Shown here in pieces: positions 19,649-29,824 of a DNA stretch of 64,000 nt (positions within the stretch are counted from its first letter, which is position 1; every line of letters starts with the position of its first letter). Source of the DNA: Thermoanaerobaculia bacterium (GTDB lineage Bacteria; Acidobacteriota; Thermoanaerobaculia; UBA5066). The stretch lies in contig CAWFJJ010000021.1 in assembly GCA_963816185.1 (NCBI GenBank), positions 1-64,000 of the forward strand. Reading direction: 5' to 3'. The notes below the pieces were generated by a model. It was not told the DNA's origin and searched no databases. It was given only the letters and a program-made list of their open reading frames with translations. A program made the translations under genes and the position numbers.

Positions 19649-21340
19649 TCAGGGCTTCACGGCCCGGTCCGAGCAGCGGCTGACCGGGACGCTCTGCCGT
19701 GATCTTCCCCCGTCCACGACCAGGGCGCCGTTGACGGCGACGTACGGGAATCCCTCGGAATAGTGCATGGGGTCGGCGTACGTCGAGACGGCCTTCACGC
19801 GGACGGGGTCGAAGGCGACGACGTCTGCGGCGAGGCCTGCCTTCAGGATGCCGCGATCCGGGAGCCCGGCGCGCGCGGCGGAAAAAGACGTCATTTTCCG
19901 CACGGCTTCCTCGAGGGGGATCAGCTTCTCGTCGCGCACGTACGTTGCGAGGATGCGGGCCGTCGAGGCCCAGGCGCGGGGATGCGACTTCTCCTCCGAG
20001 TAGATCCCGTCCGTGGCCACCGCCCCGGAATCCGTGCAGAAGCCCACGAAGGGATCTTTCAGGGCCGCCCGCACGTCGTCCTCTCGCATCACGAAGATGA
20101 TGCATTCCGCATTCGCGCGGTCGGCGAGGACGATGTCCATGAGCGCGTCTCGCGGGTCTTTCTTCATGAGCGCGCCGATTTCCTGGAGCGTCCCGCCCTC
20201 GTATCTCTTGAGCTGGGGGTTGTGGACAGCGGCGAGCATGACGCCGGAGCCGCCGCCCGACCCGTACCACTGGTTCTCCCAGGAGTCGGAGTCCTCGGCC
20301 ATCTCGCTCCGGATGCGGGCCCGCGCTTCGGGATCGCGCAGGCGCGCCAGCAGCTTCTCGCGGCCGCCCTGGCGCACCCAGGGCGGGAGGCAGGCGTCCA
20401 GCCCGTTTGCGCCGGCGTTCCACGGGTACGCGTTCGCGGCGACGTCCAGCCCCGAGGCGCGGGCCGCCGCGAATGCGGCGAGGACCCTCGGCATCGTCCC
20501 CCAGTTGCGCGGGTAGGCGGTCTTCAGGTGCCAGACGTTCGTCGGGATACGGGCTTCCCGGGCGATCCGGAACACTTCCGCGAGGGACGAGTCGATCCGA
20601 TTCCCCTCGGAGCGCTGGTGCGTGAAGTAGACGCCGCCGCGGGAGGCCGCCACCTTCGCGCAGGCGATGATCTCCTCGGTGGAGTTGTAGAGGTCCGGAA
20701 CGTACTGCAAGGACGTTGAGATTCCGAGAGCGCCGTCTTCCATGGCCTGCGCGACGAGAGCCTTCATCCGCTCGAGCTCGGTCGGGCCGGCTCGCCGGTC
20801 CTCGGTCCCGACGACCATCCGCCGAAGTCCCCCGAGCCCGACGAACGTGCCGAGGTTGATCGTGGGCGGAGTGCGCCGGAATCTCATGAAATACGTGAGG
20901 AGCGACGACCAGTCCGGTCTGAGGCCGTAGCGGCGGTACGTGTCTTCGTTGCTCTTGAGCAGCGTCTCGTCGAGGGGTGCGATGGACTCGCCCTCGCCCG
21001 TGACCTCGGAGGTGATGCCCTGCGTGATCTTGGAGGCCGCGCGCCGGTCGACGAGGGCGTTGTATTCGGACTGGCCGAGAAGGTCGATGAATCCAGGCGC
21101 GACGACGAGACCCCTTGCATCGATCCTGCGTCGGGCGCGCGCGATCCGGTCCGGCGCGAGGTCCCCCACGGCGGAGATGCGGCCGTCCCGGACGGCCACG
21201 TCCCCCCGGAACGCCGCTTTCCCCGTGCCGTCCACGACGCGTCCGCCGGTGAACACGAGGTCGTCCCGGGAGGGCGCGGCGCCCGCAAAGAGAAAAAGGG
21301 CCGCGACCGGCAGGGTCAGGGCCCAAGAAACCCGAGTCAT
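19649..21340 (-). CDS. N-acyl-D-amino-acid deacylase (amidohydrolase) with signal peptide; C-terminal tail probably frameshifted
   Basis: GGRVVDGTG, APGFID, GITSEVTGEG, HPRAW, EEAVRKMTS, DRGILKAGLAADVVAFDP. Confidence 0.88.
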   Translation of the reverse strand: MTRVSWALTLPVAALFLFAGAAPSRDDLVFTGGRVVDGTGKAAFRGDVAVRDGRISAVGDLAPDRIARARRRIDARGLVVAPGFIDLLGQSEYNALVDRRAASKITQGITSEVTGEGESIAPLDETLLKSNEDTYRRYGLRPDWSSLLTYFMRFRRTPPTINLGTFVGLGGLRRMVVGTEDRRAGPTELERMKALVAQAMEDGALGISTSLQYVPDLYNSTEEIIACAKVAASRGGVYFTHQRSEGNRIDSSLAEVFRIAREARIPTNVWHLKTAYPRNWGTMPRVLAAFAAARASGLDVAANAYPWNAGANGLDACLPPWVRQGGREKLLARLRDPEARARIRSEMAEDSDSWENQWYGSGGGSGVMLAAVHNPQLKRYEGGTLQEIGALMKKDPRDALMDIVLADRANAECIIFVMREDDVRAALKDPFVGFCTDSGAVATDGIYSEEKSHPRAWASTARILATYVRDEKLIPLEEAVRKMTSFSAARAGLPDRGILKAGLAADVVAFDPVRVKAVSTYADPMHYSEGFPYVAVNGALVVDGGRSRQSVPVSRCSDRAVKP

Positions 21341-21375
21341 GTCGCGGGCGGCCATTCGGCAACCCGCGCGCCCGC

Positions 21376-21648
21376 TCAGCGGGGTCCGCGGGGTCCGCGC
21401 GGCTCGTCCGTCTTCGGACGGGCCTCGTTTACGCGGATCGTGCGACCCTCGTGCTGCGACCCGTTGAGCGCCTGAATGGCCTTCTGAGCGTCCGCGTCGC
21501 TCATCTCGACGAAGCCGAATCCCTTGGAGCGGCCCGACTCGCGATCCGCGACGACCGTGGCCGATTCGACGGCTCCATGAGGTTCGAAGAGGGCCCGGAG
21601 GGAGGCATCGTTCACACCGTAGGAGAGATTGCCGACGTACAGTTTCAT
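21376..21648 (-). CDS. RRM RNA-binding protein (90 aa)
   Basis: RNP2 LYVGNL and RNP1 KGFGFVEM, IRVNEARP; hidden at the end of an 876-aa shadow ORF. Confidence 0.95.
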   Translation of the reverse strand: MKLYVGNLSYGVNDASLRALFEPHGAVESATVVADRESGRSKGFGFVEMSDADAQKAIQALNGSQHEGRTIRVNEARPKTDEPRGPRGPR

Positions 21649-21741
21649 CCCCGAAATTTCCTTTCCGTAGCGGGTCCGATCGATGGGAAAGTTTAGCACG
21701 CCTGCCCCGCGCAAGGCCCGGGGGTGGGGGATACTTCGCCC

Positions 21742-22971
21742 ATGGCACGAATCCGACCTTTCCCGTCCGGCCGCCCGCCGCGGAAGCTCGCTGCCCGCGT
21801 CGCCTCCGTCCCGTACGACGTCGTGGATACCCGCGAAGCCCGGGCCCTCGCCGCCGGGAATCCGTTGTCGTTCCTCCACGTCTGTCGCCCGGAGATCGAT
21901 CTTCCGGAGGACGTGGATGTCCACTCCGATGCGGTGTACGCGAAAGGGCGCGAGAACCTCGACGGCTTCTACGCGAACGGCACGCTCGAGAGCGATCCCG
22001 TACCCCGTCTCCTCGTCTACCGGCAGACCTGGAGGGGGCGCAAGCAGGACGGCCTCGTCGCCACGTGCTCGGTCGACGACTACGACGCGGACGTCATTCG
22101 CAAGCACGAGAAGACGCGCCCCGACAAGGAAAATGACCGCGTTCGGCACCTGATGACGCAGTCCGCGCACGCCGAGCCCGTGTTCCTGACCTATCGGGCG
22201 GCTGACGCGGTCGACACCCGCGTCGCGCGGGTGACCGCGGCATCCCCCGAGTTCGACTTCGAGGCTCCGGACGGGGTGAGACACACCCTTTGGATCGTGC
22301 CCGAGGGCGACGTCGCGTTCTTCGTCTCCTCGTTCGCGACGGTGCCGTTGCTTTACGTCGCCGACGGCCACCACCGCTGTGCGTCGGCCGCGCGCGCGCG
22401 CGTAGCGCTGAAGGGAAAGCTCGGGACTCTCCCCGACGAGCATCCCGTCAACTGGTTCCCGGCGGCGATCTTCCCGGACAATCAGCTCGCCATCCTGCCG
22501 TACAACCGGGTCGTGAAGGACCTCGGGGGGCTCGGAGAAGAAGATTTTCTTAGAAAGGTGCGCGAGCGGTTCGACGTTCGGCGGGCCGAAGCTCCCGAGC
22601 CTCGCCGCCGCGGCGAGTTCTCTCTCTTTTTCAAAGAAACTTGGCAGACCCTCACCCCGAACGAGCCGGTTTCCTCGAAGGACCCGGTCGCGTCCCTGGA
22701 TGTCTCGATCCTCCAGGACCGGCTCCTCGGCCCCGTCCTCGGCATCGGTGACCCCCGCACGGACCCCCGCGTCGACTTCGTCGGAGGGATCCGGGGCACC
22801 GGCGAGCTCGAGGAGCGCGTGCGCTCGGGTCGGGGAGCCGTCGCGTTCGCGATGTTCCCGACGTCCCTCGCCGAGGTCATGGCGATCGCAGATGCGGGGG
22901 CTACCATGCCGCCAAAGTCCACGTGGTTCGAGCCGAAGCTGCGGTCCGGCCTCTTCGTGCACAGATTCTGA
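21742..22971 (+). CDS. DUF1015 family protein
   Basis: PYDV, NPLSFLHV, IRKHEKTRPDKE, YVADGHHR, MPPKSTWFEPKLRSGL. Confidence 0.92.
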   Translation: MARIRPFPSGRPPRKLAARVASVPYDVVDTREARALAAGNPLSFLHVCRPEIDLPEDVDVHSDAVYAKGRENLDGFYANGTLESDPVPRLLVYRQTWRGRKQDGLVATCSVDDYDADVIRKHEKTRPDKENDRVRHLMTQSAHAEPVFLTYRAADAVDTRVARVTAASPEFDFEAPDGVRHTLWIVPEGDVAFFVSSFATVPLLYVADGHHRCASAARARVALKGKLGTLPDEHPVNWFPAAIFPDNQLAILPYNRVVKDLGGLGEEDFLRKVRERFDVRRAEAPEPRRRGEFSLFFKETWQTLTPNEPVSSKDPVASLDVSILQDRLLGPVLGIGDPRTDPRVDFVGGIRGTGELEERVRSGRGAVAFAMFPTSLAEVMAIADAGATMPPKSTWFEPKLRSGLFVHRF

Positions 22972-22980
22972 GGTTCGCCC

Positions 22981-24186
22981 ATGAAAGTGCTCGTCGCAGA
23001 CAAGTTCGAGGACTCGGGTCTCGCCGGTCTCAAGGCTCTCGGCTGCGAGGTCCTCTACGAGCCGAAGCTCGAAGGGGCCTCCCTCGGCGCCCGCCTCGCC
23101 GAGTCCGGGGCCGAGGTGCTCGTCGTCAGGTCGACGAAGGTCGGACCGGCGGAGATGGAAGGCGCCTTCGGCCTCGCGCTGATCGTCCGCGCGGGCGCAG
23201 GCGTGAACACGATCGACCTTTCGGCCGCCTCGGCGCGCGCGATCGCGGTCTCGAACTGCCCGGGCAAGAACGCGATCGCCGTGGCCGAGCTCGCGTGGGG
23301 TCTCATCCTCGCCCTCGACCGCCGCCTCGTCGATCAGACGAACGACCTTCGCGCCCGCGTCTGGAACAAGGCGCTCTACGGGAAGGCCCGGGGCCTCGCC
23401 GGGCGCACGCTCGGCGTCATCGGCCTCGGGGCGATCGGGCTCGAAGTCGTCGCGCGAGCGAAGGCCTTCGGAATGCCGATCGTCGCGTGGAGCCGCTCCC
23501 TGGACGAAGACCGAGCGGCGCGGCTCGCTGTGGGGCGCGCCGACTCGATTCACGCGCTCGCTGCCGCATCCGACGGCGTGACCGTCCATTGCGCGCTGAC
23601 GAAAGAGACGAAGGGCATGCTCGACGCGAAATTCTTCGCGGCGATGAAGCCGGGCGCCTTCTTCGTGAACACGAGCCGCGGCGAGGTCGTCGATCAGCCG
23701 GCTCTCGAGGCCGCGATCGCGGAGAAGGGGCTCCGGGCGGGCCTCGACGTCTTCGCGAAGGAGCCGTCCTCGGGGACGGGAACGTTCGAGGACGGGATCG
23801 CGCTCCTCCCCGGAGTCGTCGGCACGCACCATGTGGGCGCTTCGACGGACCAGGCGCAGAACGCGATCGCCTTGGAGACCGTGCGGATCGTCGCGGCCTT
23901 CGCCTCGACGGGCGAGGTCCCGAACGCCGTCAACCTCGCGAACCGCACTCCCGCGACGCACGTCCTGTCCGTCCGGCACCGCGACCGAGTCGGCGTCCTC
24001 GCGCACGTGTTCGGCGTGCTGCGCGCGGCCGGAATCAACGTCGAAACGACGGAAAACGTCGTCTTTGCCGGGGCGGAAGCCGCGTGCGCCCGCATCCAGG
24101 TGGGGCAGGCGCCGCAGGCGGCGGTTCTCGAAGAGATTCAGCGAGGCTGCGCCGACGTGCTCTCGATCTCGGTGCGGCCGCTCTAG
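22981..24186 (+). CDS. serA: D-3-phosphoglycerate dehydrogenase-like protein with C-terminal ACT domain
   Basis: RAGAGVNTID, AVAEL, GLGAIG, NTSRG, DVFAKEP, HVGASTDQAQ, HRDRVGVLA..GINV. Confidence 0.8.
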   Translation: MKVLVADKFEDSGLAGLKALGCEVLYEPKLEGASLGARLAESGAEVLVVRSTKVGPAEMEGAFGLALIVRAGAGVNTIDLSAASARAIAVSNCPGKNAIAVAELAWGLILALDRRLVDQTNDLRARVWNKALYGKARGLAGRTLGVIGLGAIGLEVVARAKAFGMPIVAWSRSLDEDRAARLAVGRADSIHALAAASDGVTVHCALTKETKGMLDAKFFAAMKPGAFFVNTSRGEVVDQPALEAAIAEKGLRAGLDVFAKEPSSGTGTFEDGIALLPGVVGTHHVGASTDQAQNAIALETVRIVAAFASTGEVPNAVNLANRTPATHVLSVRHRDRVGVLAHVFGVLRAAGINVETTENVVFAGAEAACARIQVGQAPQAAVLEEIQRGCADVLSISVRPL

Positions 24187-24243
24187 GGCCCTTTCTCCTC
24201 ACGGCCGCCGGCGGACCTCGTCCTGCATAATGCCGGGAAGACC

Positions 24244-26106
24244 GTGCTCGAACCGCTTCCCGCGAAGACCCTTCTCGACTACTTTCGCTTCGCCGCTGCC
24301 AGCGGAAAACCGGAGCTTCTCGTCTCGAAGATCGGCGGGACCTGGACACCTCTCTCGGCCGAGGACTTCAGAGAGCGGACGCAAGGCCTCGCCCTCGGGT
24401 TCGCGCTCCTCGGCGTCGACCGGGACGACCGGGTCGCGATCCTCTCGGAGAACCGCCCCGAGTGGGCGATGACGGACTTCGCGGCGCTTGCCCTCGGCGC
24501 GCTCAGCGTGCCGATCTACACGAGCTACCTCGCGCCGCAGGTCGAGTACATCCTCAGGGATTCGCTCGCGAAGGTCGTGGTCGTCTCGACCGCGGTCGAG
24601 CTCCAGAAAGTGGTCGACGTCCGCGACCGCTGCCCCGAGCTCAAGCACGTGATCATCCTCGAACACGTGCCGTGGAGCGCGGGGAAGGCCACGCCTTTCG
24701 CGACCGTGGTCCAGAAGGGCCTCGCGGCCCTTCGCGCGGACCCGGGCGCCTTCGAGGAGCGCGCGTCCTCGGTCCTCCCGGGCGACCTCGCGACGATGAT
24801 CTATACATCGGGCACCACGGGCGAGCCGAAAGGCGCGATTCTGACGCACGACAACTTCGTGTCGAACGTCGCCGCGTGCTCGGCGCTCTTCGACGTGACG
24901 AGCGACACGAGCGCCCTGTCCTTCCTGCCCCTCTCGCACGTGTTCGAGCGGATGGTCGACTATCTCTATTTCTCGCGCGCCGCGACGATCACGTACGCCG
25001 AGTCGATCGACAAGCTCTCGGAGAACTTCCTCGAGGTCAAGCCTCATTGCTTCGCTGCGGTGCCGCGCGTGTACGAGAAGATGCTCATGCGCGTCCAGGC
25101 CGCCGTGGAAAAGGCTTCCCCCCTGCGCCGCGCGATCTTCTCCTGGGGCGTTTCGACCGGGATCCGCCGCCTCGCGGTCGTCGGAGCGGCAGAGGAGCCG
25201 GGATTTTTTCTGAGGCTCAGGTGCGCAATCGCCGACCGGCTCGTCTTCGGAAAGATCAAGTCGCGGCTCGGGGGCCGGTTCCGCTTCGCGATCTCGGGCG
25301 GCGCGCCGCTTGCGCGCGACGTCGCCGAGTTCTTCTGGGCGGCGGGCATCGAGGTGTACGAAGGCTACGGCCTCACGGAGACGAGCCCCGTCCTCGCCTG
25401 CAACCGCCCGGGCGAATGGCGCCTCGGCACGGTCGGTCGTGCGATCCCCGGCGTCACGTTGCGGCTCGCTCCGGACGGCGAGATTCTCGCAAAGGGTCCG
25501 AACATCATGGAAGGCGGCTACTGGCGGAAGCCCGGCGAGACGGCGAGCGTCTTCGATGCGGAGGGCTGGTTCCTCACGGGCGACATCGGCTCCTTCGACG
25601 AGGACGCGTTCCTGACGCTCACGGACCGCAAGAAGGAGATCCTCATCAACGCGTACGGCAAGAACATCGCTCCGGCGCCGATCGAGGCCGCGCTCCGTTC
25701 GGTGCGGTACGTGGCGTCCGCGGTCCTCATCGGCGACCGGCGGAAGTTCATGTCCGCGCTCATCGTGCCGAACTTCGAGAAGCTCGAGGCGTGGGCGCTG
25801 TCGTCGGGCGTGAAGTACCGGGATCGCGAGGCGCTCGTGAAGGATCCGAAAGTCCTCTCGCTCGTCAAACAGGCGATCGACATCCTCAACGGCGACGAGC
25901 CTCACGAGCGCCAGATCCGCGCGTTCACTCTTCTCAAGGACGACTTCACGATCGAGGGCGGCGAGCTGACGCCCACGATGAAGATCAAGCGCCGCGTCAT
26001 CGCCGAGAAATACAAGGACGTCATCGACAAGATGTACGCGGACGCGGAGGAGTCGCTCTCGGGAGAAAGACCCGGAGATTTCTTGGAAAGAAAGAAGAAA
26101 ATCTAG
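24244..26106 (+). CDS. Long-chain fatty-acid-CoA ligase
   Basis: YTSGTTGEPKG, FLPLSHVFER, EGYGLTETSP, TGDIG, DRKKE, ELTPTMKIKR. Confidence 0.93.
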   Translation: MLEPLPAKTLLDYFRFAAASGKPELLVSKIGGTWTPLSAEDFRERTQGLALGFALLGVDRDDRVAILSENRPEWAMTDFAALALGALSVPIYTSYLAPQVEYILRDSLAKVVVVSTAVELQKVVDVRDRCPELKHVIILEHVPWSAGKATPFATVVQKGLAALRADPGAFEERASSVLPGDLATMIYTSGTTGEPKGAILTHDNFVSNVAACSALFDVTSDTSALSFLPLSHVFERMVDYLYFSRAATITYAESIDKLSENFLEVKPHCFAAVPRVYEKMLMRVQAAVEKASPLRRAIFSWGVSTGIRRLAVVGAAEEPGFFLRLRCAIADRLVFGKIKSRLGGRFRFAISGGAPLARDVAEFFWAAGIEVYEGYGLTETSPVLACNRPGEWRLGTVGRAIPGVTLRLAPDGEILAKGPNIMEGGYWRKPGETASVFDAEGWFLTGDIGSFDEDAFLTLTDRKKEILINAYGKNIAPAPIEAALRSVRYVASAVLIGDRRKFMSALIVPNFEKLEAWALSSGVKYRDREALVKDPKVLSLVKQAIDILNGDEPHERQIRAFTLLKDDFTIEGGELTPTMKIKRRVIAEKYKDVIDKMYADAEESLSGERPGDFLERKKKI

Positions 26107-26675
26107 ATCAGCTTGGCCAAACGTGCCAGAGCTCTGCTTGCTCCCGACTCATTCATCTTTTTTGCCGCTTCTTCCAGCGTGAACCAGGCGAGATCGAGCG
26201 ACTCAGCCGCATCCCTGACGATTCCTTCGGGACGCTCCGTCACGAGCGCATAACGCACGTCGTGATGTTTATGGGGCGGCTCGCCTTTCCCGGCGGGAAT
26301 GTCGTGCACGTCGACGTCGAGGATCTCGTCCGACAGGAGCTTGAGGTCCTTCAGGCCCGATTCTTCCGCTGCCTCGCGTAGCGCGGTCGCGCGCGGATCG
26401 TGCTCTCCGTCGTCGTGCCCTCCGAGCTGCAGCCACGCGTTCAGCCGCCGGTGATGGTGCAGGAGAACTTTGCCCGTCGAACGGCAGACCACAAAGGCGC
26501 TCCCGGTGATGTGTCCGGGTGTGAACGTCTGGCGCGAGAAGCAGGCGGGCTCCGTCTCGACGAGGCGGAGGATCGCCTTCCGATGAATCTCCTCGCGTGC
26601 GTCCGCCGGAGTGTGCCGAAGGAGCGCGTCGCGAAGGTCTGCGCGGGCGCGATCGAGCGGTATGGGCGGGCTCAC
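26103..26675 (-). CDS. Nudix hydrolase
   Basis: GHITGSA, WLQLGGH..ALREAAEESGL Nudix box, HHDVRY; GTG start inferred from TAAGGT 7 nt upstream. Confidence 0.88.
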   Translation of the reverse strand: MSPPIPLDRARADLRDALLRHTPADAREEIHRKAILRLVETEPACFSRQTFTPGHITGSAFVVCRSTGKVLLHHHRRLNAWLQLGGHDDGEHDPRATALREAAEESGLKDLKLLSDEILDVDVHDIPAGKGEPPHKHHDVRYALVTERPEGIVRDAAESLDLAWFTLEEAAKKMNESGASRALARLAKLI

Positions 26676-26729
26676 GCCGGCGACCTTAACAGCCCGGGCG
26701 GGGCGTTCGTGCATCATTCCGGGATGCCG

Positions 26730-27317
26730 ATGACGTTCGACCGTCCCCTGCTCGCCGTTTTCTGCGGTGCGCGCACAGGCCTCTCGCCCGTTCACGCCGA
26801 AGACGCGGCGGCCGTCGGGCGCGCGATCGCTCGCGCCGGCGCGGGCCTCGTTTACGGCGGCGGGCGCGTCGGGCTCATGGGCGTCCTCGCGGACGCCGCG
26901 CTCGAGGAGGGCGCGCCCGTCTACGGCGTCATCCCGGCGGGCCTTGCAGAGAAAGAGGTCGCGCACGGCGGCCTCACGCATCTCGACATCGTCGCGACGA
27001 TGCACGAGCGCAAGGCGCGGATGTCGGAGGTGGCGTCCGGCTTCCTGGCGCTCGCCGGGGGGTTCGGCACTCTCGACGAGTTCTTCGAGATCGTGACGTG
27101 GCGCCAGCTCGGCCACCATTCGCGGCCGATCGTCCTCTTCAACGGCTCCGGCTACTTCGACCCTCTTCTCACCGCTCTCCGGCACGTCGCGGACCAGGGA
27201 TTTGCCCGCGACGGCGCCGAGTACTTCGCGGTGGAGACCGAGCCCGATGCGGCGGTCCGGCGCGCCCTCGCCGGATCGGAACGCCAGGTGCCGTCCCGAT
27301 GGCCCACTCGCGCCTGA
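26730..27317 (+). CDS. LOG family nucleotide phosphoribohydrolase (TIGR00730-like)
   Basis: VFCGA, LVYGGGRVGLMG, MHERKARM, GGFGTLDEFFE. Confidence 0.93.
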   Translation: MTFDRPLLAVFCGARTGLSPVHAEDAAAVGRAIARAGAGLVYGGGRVGLMGVLADAALEEGAPVYGVIPAGLAEKEVAHGGLTHLDIVATMHERKARMSEVASGFLALAGGFGTLDEFFEIVTWRQLGHHSRPIVLFNGSGYFDPLLTALRHVADQGFARDGAEYFAVETEPDAAVRRALAGSERQVPSRWPTRA

Positions 27318-29284
27318 AGGGCTCCCCGCGAGCGCTCGGCCTTTCCGTCCTCGCCGCATTTCTCCTGCTCGCGGGGACGGCGGAGGAGCGCACGTTCGGG
27401 ACCGTCACCGACGAGCAGCAGATGCTCTATACCGCGATCTCCATCGCGACGACCTTCGAGCTCGGAATCGCACGCGGGCAGACGTTCGCGATCCCGCGGC
27501 CCGCGGGCGACGCGGTTTCGCCCTACGGCATGGGCCTCCCGTTGCTCGAGGTGCCTTTCGCCCTCGCTGCGGGCCCGTGGGAAGCGCATTTCGGCGCGCG
27601 GACGTCACAGACGTTGTTCGTCCTCCTACAGGTCCTCCTCGTGACGGCAGCGGCGGCGGGAGCAGGCATCCTCGCGAAAACGCTGGGCGCGGGGCTCTTC
27701 GGCCAGGGGCTCGCCGTGCTCGGGACGGCGCTCGCCTCGCCCCTCTGGCCCTACACGGCCTGTGGATTCACCGAGCCCCTGCAGGCGGTCTGTCTCGTTT
27801 TCGCCGTGACGTTCGCGGCCCGCGCGAGCCAGGCGGAAGGGAGGCCTGCGCTCGCGCTCGCCTTCGCCGCGGGTTTTTGCGCCGGGTATCTCGCCCTCAC
27901 GAAGGTCGTGAACCTCCTCTTCGTCCCTCTTCCTCTCCTGCCGCTTTTCGCACGAGCGGGGCCCCCCACGCGCGAGAGGATGCGAGAGTGGGCGGCGGCC
28001 ACCGCAGGCGTGGCCATCCCGGTCGTGGGGATGCTCGCGTTCGAGGTCGTTCGCTTCGGCCGTCCGTTCTCGTCCTATGCGCGCGGGCAGAGCTTTTCGC
28101 ATCCGCCTCTCGACGGCGCCTGGCGCCTCCTCGTGGGCCCGAACAAGGGACTCTTGCTCTACTTCCCGCTGGCGCTCCTCGCCGCAGTCGGGCTCGTCGC
28201 GCTCGTCCGCGGGCGGGAGACGCGAGGCGCCGCGGTCTCGACGCTCGCTCTCGCCGGCGGCGCTCTGGCGCTGTACTCGGGCTGGTGGGCGTGGGACGGA
28301 AGCGGGGGCTGGGGGCCGCGCTTTCTGGTCCCGCTCGTGCCGCTTCTCGCGGCCGCCGCGGGCGCAGCCGCATCGACACCTGCAAGGCGCGCCACCGGCT
28401 TGGCGCTCGTCCTTCTCGGCACGGCCATGAATGCGCTCGGAACGTTTGAGGCCGAAGCAGCCACTTTCTACTACATCTCGTCCACCGGACCCGCGAGCGT
28501 CCCGCGCGCCCTGTACGAGGAGTACCCGCCTTCCTTTCGCCCGCCCGAGAGCCGCGACGAGAAGTACTGGCTCCCTCGATACGTGCCTGCGGCTTCGGAC
28601 ACCGCCTTTTCTGCGTTTCGGGTTCATCCCTTCCTTCTCGCGAACCGCCTCGCCGGGCAGAACGACGGCGACCGTCGACGCCGTCTTTCCTCGCCTCCGT
28701 GGCTTGCGACGAGCCCCGACGCGGTTCCGCACCTCCTTCCCGACTCGCCGCAGATCACGACACAGACGCCGCTCGTCACGTATCTCACGTCGAGGTTCCG
28801 GTGGCCGCACCTCTTCATGTCCTTCGAGCGGCCCGACGGCGAACGGCCGGGCACGTACAGCACCGCGTGGATCGCGGGGCTGGCGGACCAGACGCTCAGA
28901 AACCTGGACATCTCGCGCCCTGACCGGGCCTCCCGCCTCGCCGAGAGGCTCTTCGACGTCTCGCCTTCGGCCTACACGGCCGCCCTGCGGGCCGAGGCGC
29001 TGAGATTGTCGGGACGGACCGGCGACACCCGCGCGTTCCTCGACTCTCTGCCCGAGCGGGTCTTCAACGCTCCCGTCCTCGCCCTCGTGCGGGCGCTCGC
29101 GGCACGCGACGACGGTCAGGATGCCTTGGCCGCCGCCCTCCTCTCCGAGGCGGCGCGCGGAATCCGGACGATCACGCTGAGACAGGCGCTCACGCGCCCT
29201 CCGGCGGAGTGGCCGCGTTCCCTGCGCGCCTTCCTGTCGGATCTTCCCGACGCCCCTGCGAAGGGTCCGGCCGCGCGGGAGTGA
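27299..29284 (+). CDS. Polytopic membrane protein, GT-C-like candidate
   Basis: TDE loop, SPYG, FTEPL, GPNKGLLLYFP, WDGSGGWGPRFLVP; soluble helical C-terminus. Confidence 0.7.
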   Translation: MAHSRLKGSPRALGLSVLAAFLLLAGTAEERTFGTVTDEQQMLYTAISIATTFELGIARGQTFAIPRPAGDAVSPYGMGLPLLEVPFALAAGPWEAHFGARTSQTLFVLLQVLLVTAAAAGAGILAKTLGAGLFGQGLAVLGTALASPLWPYTACGFTEPLQAVCLVFAVTFAARASQAEGRPALALAFAAGFCAGYLALTKVVNLLFVPLPLLPLFARAGPPTRERMREWAAATAGVAIPVVGMLAFEVVRFGRPFSSYARGQSFSHPPLDGAWRLLVGPNKGLLLYFPLALLAAVGLVALVRGRETRGAAVSTLALAGGALALYSGWWAWDGSGGWGPRFLVPLVPLLAAAAGAAASTPARRATGLALVLLGTAMNALGTFEAEAATFYYISSTGPASVPRALYEEYPPSFRPPESRDEKYWLPRYVPAASDTAFSAFRVHPFLLANRLAGQNDGDRRRRLSSPPWLATSPDAVPHLLPDSPQITTQTPLVTYLTSRFRWPHLFMSFERPDGERPGTYSTAWIAGLADQTLRNLDISRPDRASRLAERLFDVSPSAYTAALRAEALRLSGRTGDTRAFLDSLPERVFNAPVLALVRALAARDDGQDALAAALLSEAARGIRTITLRQALTRPPAEWPRSLRAFLSDLPDAPAKGPAARE

Positions 29285-29308
29285 TTCGCCGCTGCTAAGA
29301 TCGAAACG

Positions 29309-29815
29309 ATGCGCGTATCACGATCCTCACTCCCGTTCATCGCCGCCATCGTCGGGATTCTTCTGGCCGTTCCTGGTCCCTCTCGGTCGGACGCGGGCGC
29401 CTCGAAGGCCACGTCCGCCAGTGGCTCGATCAGATGGCGCTCGATCGCCTCGGGGAATGCCGAGGCGAAGAAGAGGGGCAAGCCCGCGCTTTACTTCTTC
29501 ACGGCCGCTTGGTGCGGGCCGTGCCGCCTGCTCGAAGGTCAGGTTTTCTCGGTGCCGGAAATGGCTGCGCTGATCGAGAGGGATTTCGTGCCGATCGAAG
29601 TGGCGGATCGCGAGCGCGAGACCGGGCGCAACTCCCCCGAGATGGTGGCGCTCGCGAACCGCTACGGTTTGCGCGGGTTTCCGACCCTCGTCGTCTCGCG
29701 CCCGGGCCTCGCGGCGAACGTGACGCTCGAGGGCTGGGAGGGGAGGGGAGCGGCCTTCGAGTTCCTGAAGACCGCGAAGAAGCGCTTCCTCGATCTCGAG
29801 AAGAAGCCGCGCTGA
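29309..29815 (+). CDS. Exported thioredoxin-family protein
   Basis: Signal peptide, FTAAWCGPC, GFPTLV. Confidence 0.88.
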   Translation: MRVSRSSLPFIAAIVGILLAVPGPSRSDAGASKATSASGSIRWRSIASGNAEAKKRGKPALYFFTAAWCGPCRLLEGQVFSVPEMAALIERDFVPIEVADRERETGRNSPEMVALANRYGLRGFPTLVVSRPGLAANVTLEGWEGRGAAFEFLKTAKKRFLDLEKKPR

Positions 29816-29824
29816 GGTGACGAC

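Noticed and set aside
21649-24006. 876-aa ORF ending in an RRM
   Set aside because: Only the last 90 aa are real; the rest is antisense to DUF1015 and serA.
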